Numbered from the stretch's first letter, positions 45,011 to 59,798 are shown. The stretch is 64,000 nt of DNA from Anthoceros angustus (GCA_010909165.1 MU008164.1:620001-684000), one strand, 5' to 3'. The notes: generated by a model not told the origin, from the letters alone. A program made the numbers and translations.

Positions 45011-46451
45011 GCGCAGCTCTGATGTCCAAGTCTTTGGTGCGCCCATCTGATTGTCTTTGGCCCAAAGTGCACCTCTCGGCCCGAAATGAGTTCATATGCC
45101 TTGTCCCCCTTCCATCTTCCCTTTCCTCTGTTTTGGCCCCAAGGCTTGGGTTCTGCCGCCATGGTTCGCACCGCTTCTTCTTACGGCCACACGCTTACGC
45201 CTCGAGCTCCATTCGACCAACTGCTTGCAGTTGGCCACCTCCTCCTCGCGCGCCCCAATCGACACTCAATCAAGGTTACGCTCCACATTAGTGTACCCAT
45301 GTGGGCCGAAATTACATCCAAGTCGTAGGTGATATGGTATGGCCTGCTCTCGTCAACCCCTTCAACATTTGTAACCCCCAACCCATCAAGCATCTATAAG
45401 CAATCTTATCGAACCCAACTGCAGCCACATAGCAACCACAATGTGCCATTACCATCGGAGTCTTCAGAGATTTTGCACCCCGACTGCTCCACAGCTCCCT
45501 CGTAATCCACTTCTCCACCTCGCCTCCACCGCCTCGGCCATGGTGGCGCATCGACCCCTGAGGGCGCCTGCGCCATTGCCTCCTTGCGAATCGCGGGCGC
45601 CGAGCCGCCTCCGCCTCCGCCCTCTTCACCTCCATCGGCCGCGATTATCGAAGGAGTGGGCAAGGGAGGAGCTTGCTGTGGAGTGTAACCTTGCGTCCAG
45701 GGACACCGTGAGGACCACATTTACCCTCAATGTCGTTGTAGTCTTGGGATTCGGGCTCCCAAGGGAATGATTTATTGCGAGAGGGCCTTCTTCTATCGTT
45801 TGACCTTCACCTATCTATTCGTCTACTACCACTCCCAATTTGTCTAACTACCGGATCTTTCCACAACCTCATAGCTTATTCCGACCTCCATTCCGGCTAC
45901 TCTGGCGGTGGCTCTCACCACTCTTGGGGTGGTTACCGACCTGCGGTGGGTCCCACAAACCCTAGCGACTCACCTCAGGCGCCGCAGCCGCGGGCCCCTG
46001 TCACGGGAGGCTCATGCTCCGTCGAGTTTATTCTGCACCCCACTTGCAGCACACACACACACGATTCCCTGGGACCAGCGTTCCCAGATCCCTCTCAGCA
46101 GCCACTTTTTGCAGGCCGCCTCACACATTAAGGAGGAATGATATTCCCTTGTACTCACCTTCTGGCAACCATCTTGGGATCCCCTCCTGATCGCAATTTC
46201 CCTTTGTTAGTCGCTTAGTTAGTTCTCCTCCCCATCTTCTCACACCTTGCCCACCTCGTCGGCGTCTGATTGCTCAGCCCTCTTTCTTCTCCTCCTCGAT
46301 TCGCTTCTTCCACTTCTCTCTCTCTCTCTCGGCCGCCCCTCGGGGCTTTCATTCCACACACCACATACTCTTAATTTTGGAACATAGTCGACGAGAAGGA
46401 AGGGTGGGGAGGAAGAATTCTCGGGCGTCACACTTACGATGCAAGCGAACT

Positions 46452-49400
46452 TGTGTGCGCGACTTTCGGTGCAGCCAGCCCGGCCAGGCGCGCACAATCC
46501 GTGTCGTTGTAGGAAGGAGTCCGTTCCCAAGGAATAGCGGGCTCCGTTTGCGGCGTTCGAGGCGATTCTCGTCTTACTGCGTCCGTTCGGTCCGCGCACA
46601 TTCCCTTTTCCGTCTAACTACTCGCCGCGTTCACCGGTATGGCCAAGCGTTTAAGGACCCGTTCGCGTCCGTTTCGTTCCGTTAAATCCTCACCTCTCGT
46701 CCGTTCCTCTCTCCTACACTTATCGGTCTTAGGGAAGGCGCGGGTTACCGCAGGACCTCCTCTCGTTCTCTGGGCCTCTCAGACTCTGCGCCCTCAGTCC
46801 CTCGGCTCACCGCGTTCAGGTCCGTTCGGCGGGCGGCTCTGGGCGAACCGGTCCCGATCACCCTCCTGCACACACCACAACACGTTAGGTCCGTCACGGG
46901 ACCACAGTCAATCTCTCCGGGGTCGTGCACCTTTCGGTGACTCGGGACTCACGTTAGCAGAAGACACACAAGGTGCGAGCAGCGGCATCAACACCAAGAA
47001 AGATGATTTATTGAGGCGTGACCCTCTTATACTACATGTCGGCGTCTTTATTACACCCCTATTACGGTGATGGCCCATTTCGGTATACTAATCGACGCCT
47101 ACCATCCTATTCCTCCCCTATCTCCCGTCGGCGGTGGGGTGGGAAGGTCCGGGTTCCTTGGGATTGGTGGTCCAATCTCCCGTCACAGCGATTCTGGCGC
47201 GCAATCGGATGATCCGGCGGGACCTCCTCTCTCCGGAATCACAGCCGGGTTGGGCTCGTGGCGGTCGGCGCCGTTACCAACGTCATCCTCCCAGCCTCCC
47301 GTGGGTCCCTCCGGTGGGGCCATTATCTGCTCCCCTAAGCGTAAGTCGAAGGGGCTCCTCCTTCTTTCGGTCCGGACCTCGAGGTCGGTCTCGACTCAGT
47401 CTGAACTCCAGTCGGTCTTATTCTAGTCGGTCTGGTCGGCCTCGTCTCTAGGTTCGGACCTCGGGGTCCGAACTTCGAGTCCGGTCCCAAGCTCCGGACC
47501 CCTTGTCATGGACCTCGTCTTGCTAGGTCCTCATCCCTACCCAGACCCTTGTCTTGGGTGGGTTGGCTCCTCATACCCCCTTCGGGCCGTCACCTCCCTT
47601 CTCCAGGCGGGTTGCGGTGAACTTACCACAGGGTCCGTTGCGTCTCGCTCCTCTTGAGGCTCTTCTCCCCAGCGTCGTCTCCAAGCAGGGGCCACTAGAG
47701 TCCCGTCTTTGTCCCCATGCCCTTCTTCCCCTCAGGCCTTCCGGTCGTCTATTCGGTAGGAGGCCTCTGCCGGGGCTCGGCGTGGTAATAGGCAAAGTCC
47801 GAATCCACTTGTTGGATTGCCTCTTCCACGTGTGCGGGCACCGTACTCCCTTAGCCATAGGTGCTCGGGGTGAGCGTCTTTGCCGCTTGTTGGACCACCT
47901 CCCACGGGTTTGATATGGGCGGGGGCTTCCTTGGTGCAGTGCCTCGGTCACCTCCCATAGCCGCTGTTGCTCCACTGCTCCAACTCCGTCGCTTGCTCCG
48001 GCCGACTTACCGCCATAGCGCGTTCCCCTTCCCTTCCTCAAGCTGGACGGCTTCTTATGCGCTTCCGTGCTCTCTCTCTCTGTCCATTACATTAACTCGC
48101 CATCTCCCTCTCAGACGGTCGGGCAACTCTGCGGGGCTGAGCCGCCAGGCCCTTCTCCATCTCGGCGTCACTCCTGTTCCATCGCCGTCACTCCGTCGCC
48201 AGCAGGTGGGGCCGCTATTTCCCGTTCGCGTTCGCGACCGTCCTGAGACTACCATTCCTCTCAATGGTAGTTTGGGCTGACTCAAGGTCTCCTTGCGGTC
48301 TTCCATCTCACTTCTTGCTCCACCTCACGGTGAGTCAGGAGATCCTCCATCTCCTTGTCGCGAACTTCACAGGCTGGTGGTCGCGCTTGCTCGCCTCCTG
48401 CTCCATCTTGAGGTGGGCGCTCTATCTCGCTCGAAGTCTTGGATTCTCTCGTTGAGAACCCCTTGCTGCTCCGGCGTCTTGGGTTGTAACTCCAAGGTGT
48501 CCTTCTCCTCCGCTCCTGCCTCCCTTCTACCTCCTGCTGCGCCACAGGGTCCCGATTTCCGGGTCTTGGCCTCAGTGTTCTGCAGCTCGTCATGCTTGCT
48601 TTGCTTGCTCGGCCAGTTGGCGTGGCTACCGCCTCCCTCCACGGTTCGATCACGCCGATAGTGATCGCGGTGCCTTCGTGGCTTGCCTCCTTGGCCACCT
48701 TCACAGGCTTCTCCGGCTTGGCTCTGGTCTGGTCGGGCCGCCTCGCGGTCCCGCCTCTCTTGCGCCCGGGCCTCTTAGCCTCTGCGCTACCCTCTCACTG
48801 CGAGGTCCTCGGCCCGCTTGGCCTCCTTAGCTTGGTGCTCCTCGGTGAAGGAATTTAGTCGGTCCTTGCGGATGGACGGACTTCCCTCTCGGCCTCCGGC
48901 GTTTCCCTTCCTCAATTCGGCCGAGCTTGGCCTTCCTCCTTGCCTCTGGGCCCCTCAGCTGCTCACGGAGGTACCATGCGCCTCGGGTGGCTTCTACCTC
49001 CAGGTCTTCTCGGCCATCCATGAGACCCCAAAGCATCGTCCATGGCGGTAGCAGGACCGTGTTTCTTCCACGGCCGCAGTGAGGCTCCCACAAAGTCCGT
49101 AGTGGGAGGCATTTGATCCGAGGACCTCCATACCCAGTCAGGAGTAAGTCGGTTGGGTTCTCGGACCTAATCGGGACCCTTAGGTCACGAGTCTTGACTC
49201 AGGAGCTTCACCCTCCTTGGCCCTTTTGGCGAGCTCCTTCTCGCCCTTTTTCTCACAGGGCTCGGAGGAGGTGAGGGGTCGGGAGCAAGCCCTTTTGCCT
49301 CTTCACAGCCGGAGGCAGGGCTCGGTGCTGCGTCCTCCTGCTCACAGGCGGCGTCCCTTCGCCCTCCTTCCTTCCTCGCTTCTTGCCACTCAGGTAGGCG

Positions 49401-50962
49401 GTAAGGGGTCTTGGCACCGTCGAGGTCTGCGTTGGTCCATCTTGCGTCTCTTGGTTCCCTCCAGTCGGGGCTCAGGTGTGGTTGTGGTGGTGGTGGGCTA
49501 TTGGGTCGGGCCGCCTCTGCTTGGCTCGGGGGGCACCGGGAGGAGGAAGCGATTTCCTCCCATACTTCCACAGGTGGTGAGGGGTCCGTTCACGTATGGA
49601 GTCGAATTCCCTCGATCGTCCTCCTCCGGGTCGTTTGGCCTTGGTCGGCCTCCCACCTCGGGCGCCCTTGCGCTCCACTTGGCGGGCCTCAGTCCTTTCG
49701 GGCGCCCGCTCAAGCTCTCCCTCCTTGAGGAGCTCGAAATGTCCCCATACATGGATCGGGTATGGGGCGGCCAGATGGCGAGGCTTCTCGCTCCGAGCTT
49801 GCGGGCCTCAGCTAAGGCGAAGATAATCCTTCCCAGTCCGCCCTCTTCCCAGCGCGCGCATGCGAGAATACCAGCAGTTATCACCAAGGTGATCCACCTT
49901 GGTGGCGAGTTCAATGGACAATGATCCGGGCTACCGCCCTTACTCGGATCCAGCGGTCGGATATCAACGTTGGTGGTCCTCTGCGTTCGAGCCTCGGCAT
50001 CGCTGTTGCGGCCCTATCTTCCCCGCCTTGAGGGCTCGGCACCACCCCTTCTTCCTCCTTTGGGCGGTTGTAGGCGCCCTCGGGACCTCAAGGTCCATCG
50101 CCTCGGGTCCTCCGGAGGTTCTTGGACCGCACCTCCTTGTTGACCGCCCGCCAACATCTTGGGCGAACTCCGGACGGTGTGTTGTCGAGCGTCGGACCGT
50201 GGAACACATCCGGTGCCACTCCTCCACTAATTCTCCGCTTCCTCCGGCCGGGCCCAAAGTCCGGATAGCGCGGGTCACAATGTTGCGCTCCACGAGGTTC
50301 CATGGCTCCCAAACTTCCAGCTTTTGGGTGCCATCGCCTTCGTCTCCCCTTGTCGCTGGCTGGCGGCGGAGTTCGCGCACGTCGCCCTCCTCGCCCGCGT
50401 TCGCTTCTCCAACCCGGCGGTGAACTACGCTCGAGAAGCTTGGGCGCTCAAGAGATAAGCGAGCGGGTTGCGGGCGCAAGAGGCTGCGTGTCTCGGGCGG
50501 AAATGACCTTCCCCTTGACGCGCCTTGGGAGTAACGGCGGGAAGGCGCCTCTTCCACATCGTAGCGCGAGTGCATGGCTTAGCCGACCTTCGCCTCGCCT
50601 GCGGCCTTCGCGCGCGTACTACGGCCTTCGCCGCGCGCGTCAGGCGTGAATACTGCCTGCGGCCCAGCAGGTCGGTCTGGCGGTGCATGCCGACCTCCAC
50701 TCGGGGCCGTCCGTGGCGCCGCCTGTCGTCCTCACGGCTCAACTTCTAAGTTACTTTCCTGGCGTACTTATCTGCTTGGACACAGGTGGGTCGGACTTAT
50801 CCGTTACCCGGCGTAGTCGGTGCACCGCCATAGTAGGTCAGTCGTTGCCTCCAGTCCGGAGTATACTCGGTGCGGTCAGTGCTATCCGCTTATTCCTCCC
50901 TTTTCCGCCTTATTTTATCCTCCGCTCCTGAAAAACAAAACCCTACTTATTTCTTAACCCCA
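46452..50962 (-). mobile_element. GC-rich element copy B, inverted relative to copy A; LTR-like part at 46452-47573
   Basis: The reverse complement matches copies A and C. The LTR-like part starts TGAGGAGCC after a purine-rich stretch and ends GAAAGTCGCGCACACA. Confidence 0.7.
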
Positions 50963-53012
50963 AAGTCCGTAGTCACACATGTCTCCTATTTCCACCACGC
51001 ACATGGTGAAGTTAAGCACGCATTCCCCATTCACATATAGACCCGGGAACATAAGTTTCCTCATCCATGTGCCGCAACATAGGACCTCTGCTGTGAGGTG
51101 CTTACCCCTCCTCCCGTGGGCTACACAGTTGCTTGGCCCATGTCCTCGCGAGTGCAGCGTGCATCTGTCGCTCCGCTCATGGCGAGTTGGGCTCGCCAAT
51201 GCGTGCGGCTTCACTACGCGGTGGTGGACTCCACGTCGTCTGTTCGGCAACCCACGGTAGGTGTTTGGCTACATGATTCTTGCTGCTTCCTTGGGTAGTT
51301 CCTTCCACTACCCCGATCGTGGTCACTGCTACCTCGCTTCCCTTCCCCTTATCCTTTACGGCTACCACGTGCCTCATCCGCTCCGTTTATGTTCAGACAG
51401 GCCTTCCACGAGGCCCTCTTGCTCTGGGCTGCATGACTCTCCACCATCTCTGGTTGTCTCATGGGCATCCTTAATTTGAGCCATGGCGCTTCCTGTGACT
51501 CAGCATGGCAGTAACTTCTCCCAGCCACCGCACAAATCCTCCTGAATCTTGGCCCTTTTTCCTCTAGGTCTCGCTTGTCTTCCTCCGATTGCTTGCTTGG
51601 CCTCCCCCGTCAAACTGGCCTTCCTACTTCCTCCGTCGCCCTTGCACATTGAGCCATGTGAGAGCCAAGGCGCTTGATCTAACAAATCCGCTTGGGCGGA
51701 TCATCGATGTGGTCGGCTGCAAATCCACTGTTGTGGCGGCCCCGGCGACGCCATCCCCTGTCGAGCACTTTCCCCGGCAAGCGCACCCTCATGTGCATCC
51801 ATACATTGCCGGTGGGTCCCTTTGAAAATCTCCTCCCATCTTTGAGGAGGTCCTTCGGTCGGCCTAATTCCTCCGGGGTTGGTTCGCCATGCATCCAGTC
51901 GGCCTGCTTGGTCTTCCTCCGGGCGCCTCTTCTTCCGCCACCTCAACTGCCGATTGGCCTTTACTTTCTTGACCTGTAGCCGACCTTCAGTGGCCACGTC
52001 CACCTTTTTGGCGAGGCCGTTTGCCACCCGGTCTTCCTCTTCTTCTTTGGTGGAAATTTCCTTCTCTTCCTCAGGCTGTCGCCCGAGACTCCCGGTATCG
52101 ATTCCACCTCGATTTCCTCCTTGGGCTCCTCGCCTTCCACTTCACCTCCCTAACGGCTTCCACATGTGAAGGAGGCCACAATTTCTACCTACAGGCGGGC
52201 GGTTAGCATGCATAAAGATGGATAAAATGGTGAAATTAGAGGGTCGAGGGTAGGAGAAATCGGGTTCATCCTCTCTTCACACAACTTGTCGAGAGAATTG
52301 TCCCAATCGATTTTGCCCCTTGACAACTTCATGGAGGAATAGCGGCAAGTGGTCGGACAAATAATCACACTTCTTGTCTTTAGAAAACATAAGCCATCGG
52401 CGGGCCCATCAACTGTCTTGTTGCCAATCTCGTCGATAACCGTTGGGTTCCGATTCGCCCGCCTTAACGGGCGGCTGCTTCTTTTCTTGTGCTCCTTTAG
52501 GATGGTTCCATCACCAAACCACACCTCCTCCTTTCGCCCATACACCCCTAACCAATTCCAGTCCCAATCCACGGGGCTTCGCTCTAATCCCTTCGCCCGG
52601 TGCTTGCCTTCGGATGGCGGGCGCACTCCGATCCAGTTCACTAATTCCAGGCTTCTCCATGAAGCCCAGCTCCTTCACCAATTCCCAGCTCGGACTTTCC
52701 AATGATCCATGTTTGGCCATTAGGCAAGCACAATTGTTTGTGACCTTGGGCGCCATCCCCAATGAGTCTAGCCTCGCGCCTCAAATCCGTGGCACCTCGG
52801 TGAATTTCCTAAGCGTCGATCTCGGGTTCTTACCTCCTCGGCCAAGCCGCGCGCGCGCCGTGGCGCTTCCTTCCTCTAGCGGCGCGACTCGCGTGTCGAT
52901 GGGGGTTGGAGCTCCTTCCCGTGGTGGCGCCTCGCGCCCCTCCTGATCGCGGTGTCCCCAGGTGACTCCTCGGCTTGCGAGCCGTCGTCGCTCCGCCCGC
53001 TCGCTCAGTGCT

Positions 53013-53236
53013 TGATGAGAATCATACACAAGCTCTAGCAATATGTGTTGCATTACATTCATAATAGAAAGTACATGCCTTTATGTAGGCAAGGTAGTTG
53101 TAACCAATAAGTGGTTGTAACAACTAACCAATTAAATAACTACTAAAAGAAACTACCTAGAGCCCTAAGGACTAAATTAATTATTAAGTCCTAGGTGCCC
53201 TAGTGAAGAGTGCCCTAATAGTAAGCTATTTTATCA
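53013..53236 (-). repeat. 3' LTR of the copia element (224 bp, TG...CA)
   Basis: Direct repeat of 59810-60030; the PPT is adjacent at 53237-53245. Confidence 0.93.
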
Positions 53237-56200
53237 CTCCCACTCACTATGAACTAGGGGTGATTTTCGACCAAAAGAGGTCTAGGAAAACTAGTCTAGT
53301 AAAAACTAGTCCCTAACTAAACTTTACTTAAAGGCATAAAGTAAAACTTAAGGTAAAACTGAAAGTAATAATCACTATTAAAATAACTCCCACTTAAGGA
53401 GAACGAGATGAGAAACTAATAACTCAACTTGAATAGGTGGAATTAAAACTAATTAAAAGTATTTAAGCGGATTTATATATAGAGGAAAATCCAGAAAATA
53501 CCTAATTTCCGAAAAGGAAAATCAAAAGGATAATGGATAATACCCTTCTTCCTCAAACTTCACGAAGCGATCCCGACAACTTGGTGGTTGGTACATGCGG
53601 TGATGGCGATGGCGGGAGGGTGGCTACCGCAAGGCGCGCCATCCGCCCACGGAGGAGGCGCCCGGGGCGCCATCGCGCCGTGTCCGAGCCCGCCCCTCGC
53701 CGCCGTGGGCGGGCGCGCGCCTTCAAATCGCCGGGCGTCCTTGCAGGCGCTCACGCGCTGGCGCCCAAACAAAAGGAGGAGGCGCCCTACGCTGATGCAT
53801 CTCGTGTCCCCTGGTGATGAAGAGTCTCGCCTCCACGGACCTCGTCCTTGCACTTTCGTAAAGAAATCTCCGCATTTGTCATTGATCGACCTCATCCTCG
53901 GAGGATGAAGCGAACCGAGAGATGCCTAAGGATCCCTGGGGCCTCCAGCCGAGAAGAGGAAAGCAGTCCAGTGTAAGATTGCGTCTTCATTTTCGCCATG
54001 TCTTCATTTCCGCCATGTCTTCATTTGTGAAGCAATTCGGATGTGCTCACCAAAGGGGAGGCGCAGCCTAGGTGATGAGGACGTGCCCCTCCCCCTCAAT
54101 GAATGATGCCCGCCAAAAATACCCAAAAGTGTTTGTAGGAAAGATTGCTGCCCATCTTATGCTTCTAAGAAGAAGCTATGACACAAGTGGATTACAAGGA
54201 TGCTAACAACTTGATGGATAAGAGGTCGACACTTGTGTGGTGGCGTTTGCGAGATGGGTGGAGGCATGGGGAGGATATGACAAGGAAGGGCTGGAAAAGA
54301 AAGGTGCAATATATTAAATAAGGGTTATCCAGATTTTAAGCATCCTAATTTCTATATGAGTTTTAGGATCGTAACCTAGCATAAATTTTCTGCTTGATGC
54401 GGTTGTAAACACATTTTGTTTCCCTAAGTGTATTAAAGACAAAAACATGGGCTATTATAAGTAAGAATTCTACCAAAAGGTGACCAGAAAATAAAGTATA
54501 CATACTCACCTTAGGTTTAAGTGAAAAGGAGATGTCGACTCCTATATATGTGAAACTACCATCCACATGATAAAAATAGCAAGTCTCCCATGTGAGGAAT
54601 TTCCAGGACATATCAAACATATTTTCCAGGTGCCTTTGGTGCTAAGGGAATTTATTGTTTTAATCACATAAATACTGCTTAAATATTATTTTTATTTTTA
54701 ATATAAATATTCCAGGTTCTATGTTGGCCGTCTATGAAGAGGAAGGCGGGGATGACCTAAGCTATTTTGAGATAGAAGAAGAAAATGTTCAGAAAAATAG
54801 TAAGACAATAATTTTTGGGCTAAGATTTTAAGGTTATCTTAAATCGGCCCTAAGGCTACTAGGGGTGAGTATTAGGTTAAAGGTTTGGACATGTCCATTA
54901 TACCCAAACATTTCATGTGTTTCCTATGTAACTCAATTCCCAATGACTTTGTTAATAAATCGTGACATTGTCTAAAGTTTGAACATAACTAATATTTATG
55001 GTTTGATCTTCTAACTTTTCCCTTATGTAGTGATACTCAACAGCTATATGTTTAGTTCTATGAAAACAGATTTCGTGCAAGTGCAATGGCACCACAGCTA
55101 TCACTAAACAAAGATGTTGAGGATGGTGAAGTTCACTCAAAACTAACGACCACACTATGTCTTTAGAGGTTAGTACTGCATTCGACAAAGCTATAGTAGG
55201 TTGTTTCTTACTTGACCAGATATTGGTGCTCCTCCTAAGAGTAATACATACCCAATCTGATTTTTGTGTCGGGTCACCATAATCGGCATCGATATGCCGT
55301 TAGAGTTAATGTGTTGATAGCTGGTGTATGCTTGAACATCGATCTGTACATAGTGCCTTTAAGGTATCCGAATATACGCTTAAGACATCCAAACGTCGGG
55401 GTTCTCCAAGAATTGTGGCAGAACGACTTCAAAAGATATATCTCGTCTCGTAAAATTGCATAAATATATTAGAGTGCATGTCGGTATGGAACCGACATTT
55501 CTAGCTTTTCTTCACTGTTTTGGGACTCATATCGAGGTAAGCCTAACACCACTTGCAAAAGGTGTGGGTGCAGCTTTGCATCCTCAAGTCCAAATTTAGC
55601 TAAACTCTCCTTAATATACTTGGTTTGAACTATACTTAGAGTCTTATTACCTCTATTTCGTATAATATTAACACCAAGTGCATATGTCATTTCTCCTAGA
55701 TCGGACATCTCAAATAGAGTCCTAAGCCATGCTTTAGTTTCGCTAGGAGAGTGAGGGAGTTTGTTGCCATAAAAACATCATCAACATAAAGTAGAAGATA
55801 AATATATCATTGCGGATATTAGGATGTACATACAAGCATCACTTTGCTTAAATCCTCTCCCAATAAGTTGTACATGTATGGTTAAATTCCAATTCTTTTT
55901 TTTAAGGCCATACAAACCTTTGATGAGTCGGCATACCCAATCTTCTTTGCCTTTGACTTCAGAACCCTCGGGTTGTCTCATGTATATTTCCTCTTGCGGC
56001 GCCCATACAAATATCTGTCTTAACATCCATCATGTGGAGTTCAAGATCATGTTGGGCACATAAGGCAAATATCATTCAAGTGTGGCAAATTTATCTTGGG
56101 GCATAAGTGGCCCAAGGTATGTAATCTAGACCAGAATTTGTGTAAAACCTCTCGCTACTAGGCGTGCCTTATACCTTTCTATAGAACCATCTCCTTTTCT

Positions 56201-59200
56201 TTTAATTTTGAATACCCATTTCCACTATCTTCTACTATCTTCCTACCCCTAGGTGGTTTGACCAATTCCCATGTAGAGTTATTAACTAGGGAATTATATT
56301 CGAGAATCTCTTACCTTCCATAAGTCTTTTTCGGAGAAGAGAAAGCTTGTTTTAAGGTAAGAGGTTCTTGGGTCTATAGTTGCCTTGTAGACAGCTTGAG
56401 AATAAAGTGATATAGGGGTATAGGATCATCAAAAAGCTAGGTATCCTAAAGGAGGTTCCTTCCAACTGCAGGACTGAGATAGTAGGTCGGGATCTAAGGT
56501 TGTACCTTTGTGCAGTGCATCATCCAGGCGGGATCAACGGCGGATCTGGCTCCACAATGTCATCCTCCGAGGGTCATCAAACTCATCATCATGAGTGTCA
56601 ACCTCTGCTGGGATGTCAACATCAGTCGGTTGAGTTGTACCAGTTGTGGAATAGATGCTAACTCCTCCTCCTCCGCATAATAGGTTCAACTAAAGGAACA
56701 CGAGCGAGAATGGGAAATGGAGTGAAATAATCAGATCATCAAAATAAGAAGGGTCAATGGTCTCATCAAGAGGAGGACCAAGCCTATCGCTCACGTGGGG
56801 AAAAGAGGTAAGACTCATGAAAAGTAACACTCGGGCGTATAAAAGTTGCCTTGTAGAAGGGTTGAACAATTTGTACCCTTTGATACCTTCTGTAGCCAAT
56901 GAAAAGTGTACTTATGCTTTGGGATCCAACTTCGCAATGCTTTGGGAATAAAAACATATGCGGGGATCCAAAAATTCAAGGTGGTCAATAGAAGGCTTCT
57001 TGCCAATGAATGCTTCATATGGAGTCATACCTTGAACTGGATGTAGGCAATCGATTCATGAGATAGGTTCTTAGGAGGGCCTCGCCCAATAAGCCTTAGA
57101 TAACTTAGCTTGTACCAATAAGCAACCTGATCTCTTGGGCGTAGATTCTTGTTCTTCGCCATTTTGTTGAGGAGTGTAGACAAGCGTAAGTTGTTGAGCT
57201 ATACCACCTCGACAAAATCCTCAAATTCGATGATGTAAACTCTCCACCATTGTCGGAACGTAAGGTCTTGAGTTTGTGATCCAGAAGTCTCTCACCATTT
57301 CATGTAGTCCTTGAAGAAGTGAAAGGCATCACTCTTGTTTTTTGAGATGTAGGAAAAGACAAAGCGAGAGAAATCATCTGAAGGTCAAAAATATCTACTA
57401 CCACTAAAGGAGGGTGTAGACAAGGGTCCACAAATGTGTGTGCACTATCTCTAAAGGTGACTTGGCCCTTTGTGGAGATTTATTTTGAAAGGCTCTTGAT
57501 GTCGTTTAGTGAGGACACAAGATTCGCACCAAGGTAGGTGTTCAACCTTTGCAAGGCAAGGGTTCTATATAAAGCTCCCTTAGACATTTGGATTAATTTT
57601 GACTATTAGGATGACCAAGGCGACAATGCCAAAGCATGGTTTGGGTAGGTGTCATTTGGGTTTGGAATGGCAACATTAGCGTAATGGGTGGCTCCCACTT
57701 GTCGACAATCTATAGAGACCATCATCTAAAGTGCTGCATTGTATAGTTTCTATCACTTATGAAAGAGAGAAGACAACTATCGCATAAAGGATCACAGAGT
57801 GTGTTCTTGACAAAGACTTGCGGTGATACTAGATTCTTGCACATTGAAGGAACATGGAGGACGTGATGAAGATGAAGAACGACACGAATCACACTTGAAT
57901 ACAATAACCAACACCCTATGGGTAGGTTGTGATCATCTCCGGGGAGACGGTGATGTCCTGGGCTGGTGAGTAAGACTCAAAAGAGTTTCTGTTGTAACAA
58001 ATATGTGAAGTAGCTCCTCTAAGTACCATGAGGTATTGGAGGGCTTGGAAGAAGCCAAGCACAGTGAAACCCTGGAGTTGAGGAAGATTGTTTCTTCGCA
58101 ATGTTAGCTCGGTGGGGCCTCCTTGCGAGGTTCCCCATTCTTCTTCTTCGACAATCCTTTTCCATGTGATTTGGGATTCGCACCAATTACATATAATCCC
58201 GATCTTCTTGTTACCTCTTGCGGTGTTGAAGAAGATGCCTCTCCATCATGGAAAGTATGCGGGATATGGGGTCTGGAAAGTAGAACCTCGGCCTCGCGTC
58301 CTCTTCCTCTACCCCTTTGTGAATACATCACCGCTTGTTGGCTCGAGTGATGATGACGTCTTGCCTCCTCCTAGCAATGCTCCAATAAGTTCGGAAACAC
58401 GATGTCGGCTCTTCATTTGGATCTTCATCTGCGCTTTTCGACATTGCGAATCGCATTTTGAGTTGTAATGAAAGCCCTATAAGAAGGTGGCAATGAAGAT
58501 AAGAGAATGACGTAAGCCTCCATCTACGAGATAGGTACGATTGAAGATTCCAAATGGGATCGTGCCAATCGAAATGCATTAACATGATGTTCGATGGTGT
58601 CGGACTCCTTCATTGAGAGGTTGCGGAAGTTACGTGAAGTCGCAACAATACTCATTACATCTCGAGATGAATATAATTGAGCAAGGTGAGTCCACATATC
58701 CTTGGAGGTCTTTGCGTGTGCGACATGTCTCACCATATGTTGAGAAAGTCCACCAATAAATCTTGTGCCTTCTCGTCACAGCGTCCCGGAAGGTTGAAGT
58801 TCACGTTCAAATCGGGCGTGTGGCCTTGGAATTGATCCATCGACGATGCCCCAAAGGTCTCTTTGCCGCAAAGCTCCTCGCATTCTCAATGACCGATGTC
58901 ATAATCCCTTCCATTGAATCTATCTTTCTCTTTGAAGCTCACCATAATGATAATGCAATGAAGTGTTAGCATTATCATTACCCAATGGGGAATTAGGAGC
59001 AGTTTGTTCTTCATTATTGATCACTCCAGCCATTGTAGGTGATTTAGAGGACTAGGCCTCGGTACACCTCTCATCTTCTTTATTGCACGCGAAACTCTTC
59101 TCTTGCATCATAGTCGATTCGGATGATGATAGCATGCTCTCAAATCTGCGCATTATCAACCTTAGAGAGAATAGACAATTTTGTCCTTAATTCAGATAAT

Positions 59201-59798
59201 TCTCCTTAAGATCAAAGGATTGGATTCTAAGAGTTGCTAATTGACTATCAATTTCTTGAAATCTAAGAGTTTCTATGCTATTTTGTCTTGCGACTAGAAG
59301 ATAAAGGAGTACTAATACCGATTCAAATTTGGGATATGTTGGAGAGCTAATTCTAATGCCTTGACGTGAATTGGACTAAAACTTCTAGCAAATCACGTCT
59401 AGCTAGCTTGATAAACTTCCCTTGATCCGGTTTAGAAATTAAAATAGATGCAATGAAGTTTGCTATACAAGAGGAGGTTTCTACTCTCCCTCTATAGCTT
59501 GTTGTCTTCTATTGCTTCTATGTGTTGGGCTCCTAATTTGTTCTTGTTGTCTTGCGGACTACTTCTCTTCTTAACTCTATGCCTTCTCCTTCTAAGGGAA
59601 CACAAATCCATGGAGGAAGAACAAAGAATTAGTGCATAAAAGCATTGTTAGAAGAGAATGTTAGCATAAAAGAATGCATGCAAAGATAGCAATTCTAGGA
59701 TAAACACAATCCATCTAGGCAAATGCTAGATTAGAAAGTGTCTCCTAGATAAGCTACTTAGATGCATGAGGATGCACAAGCAAACAAAGAGCAAGTGT

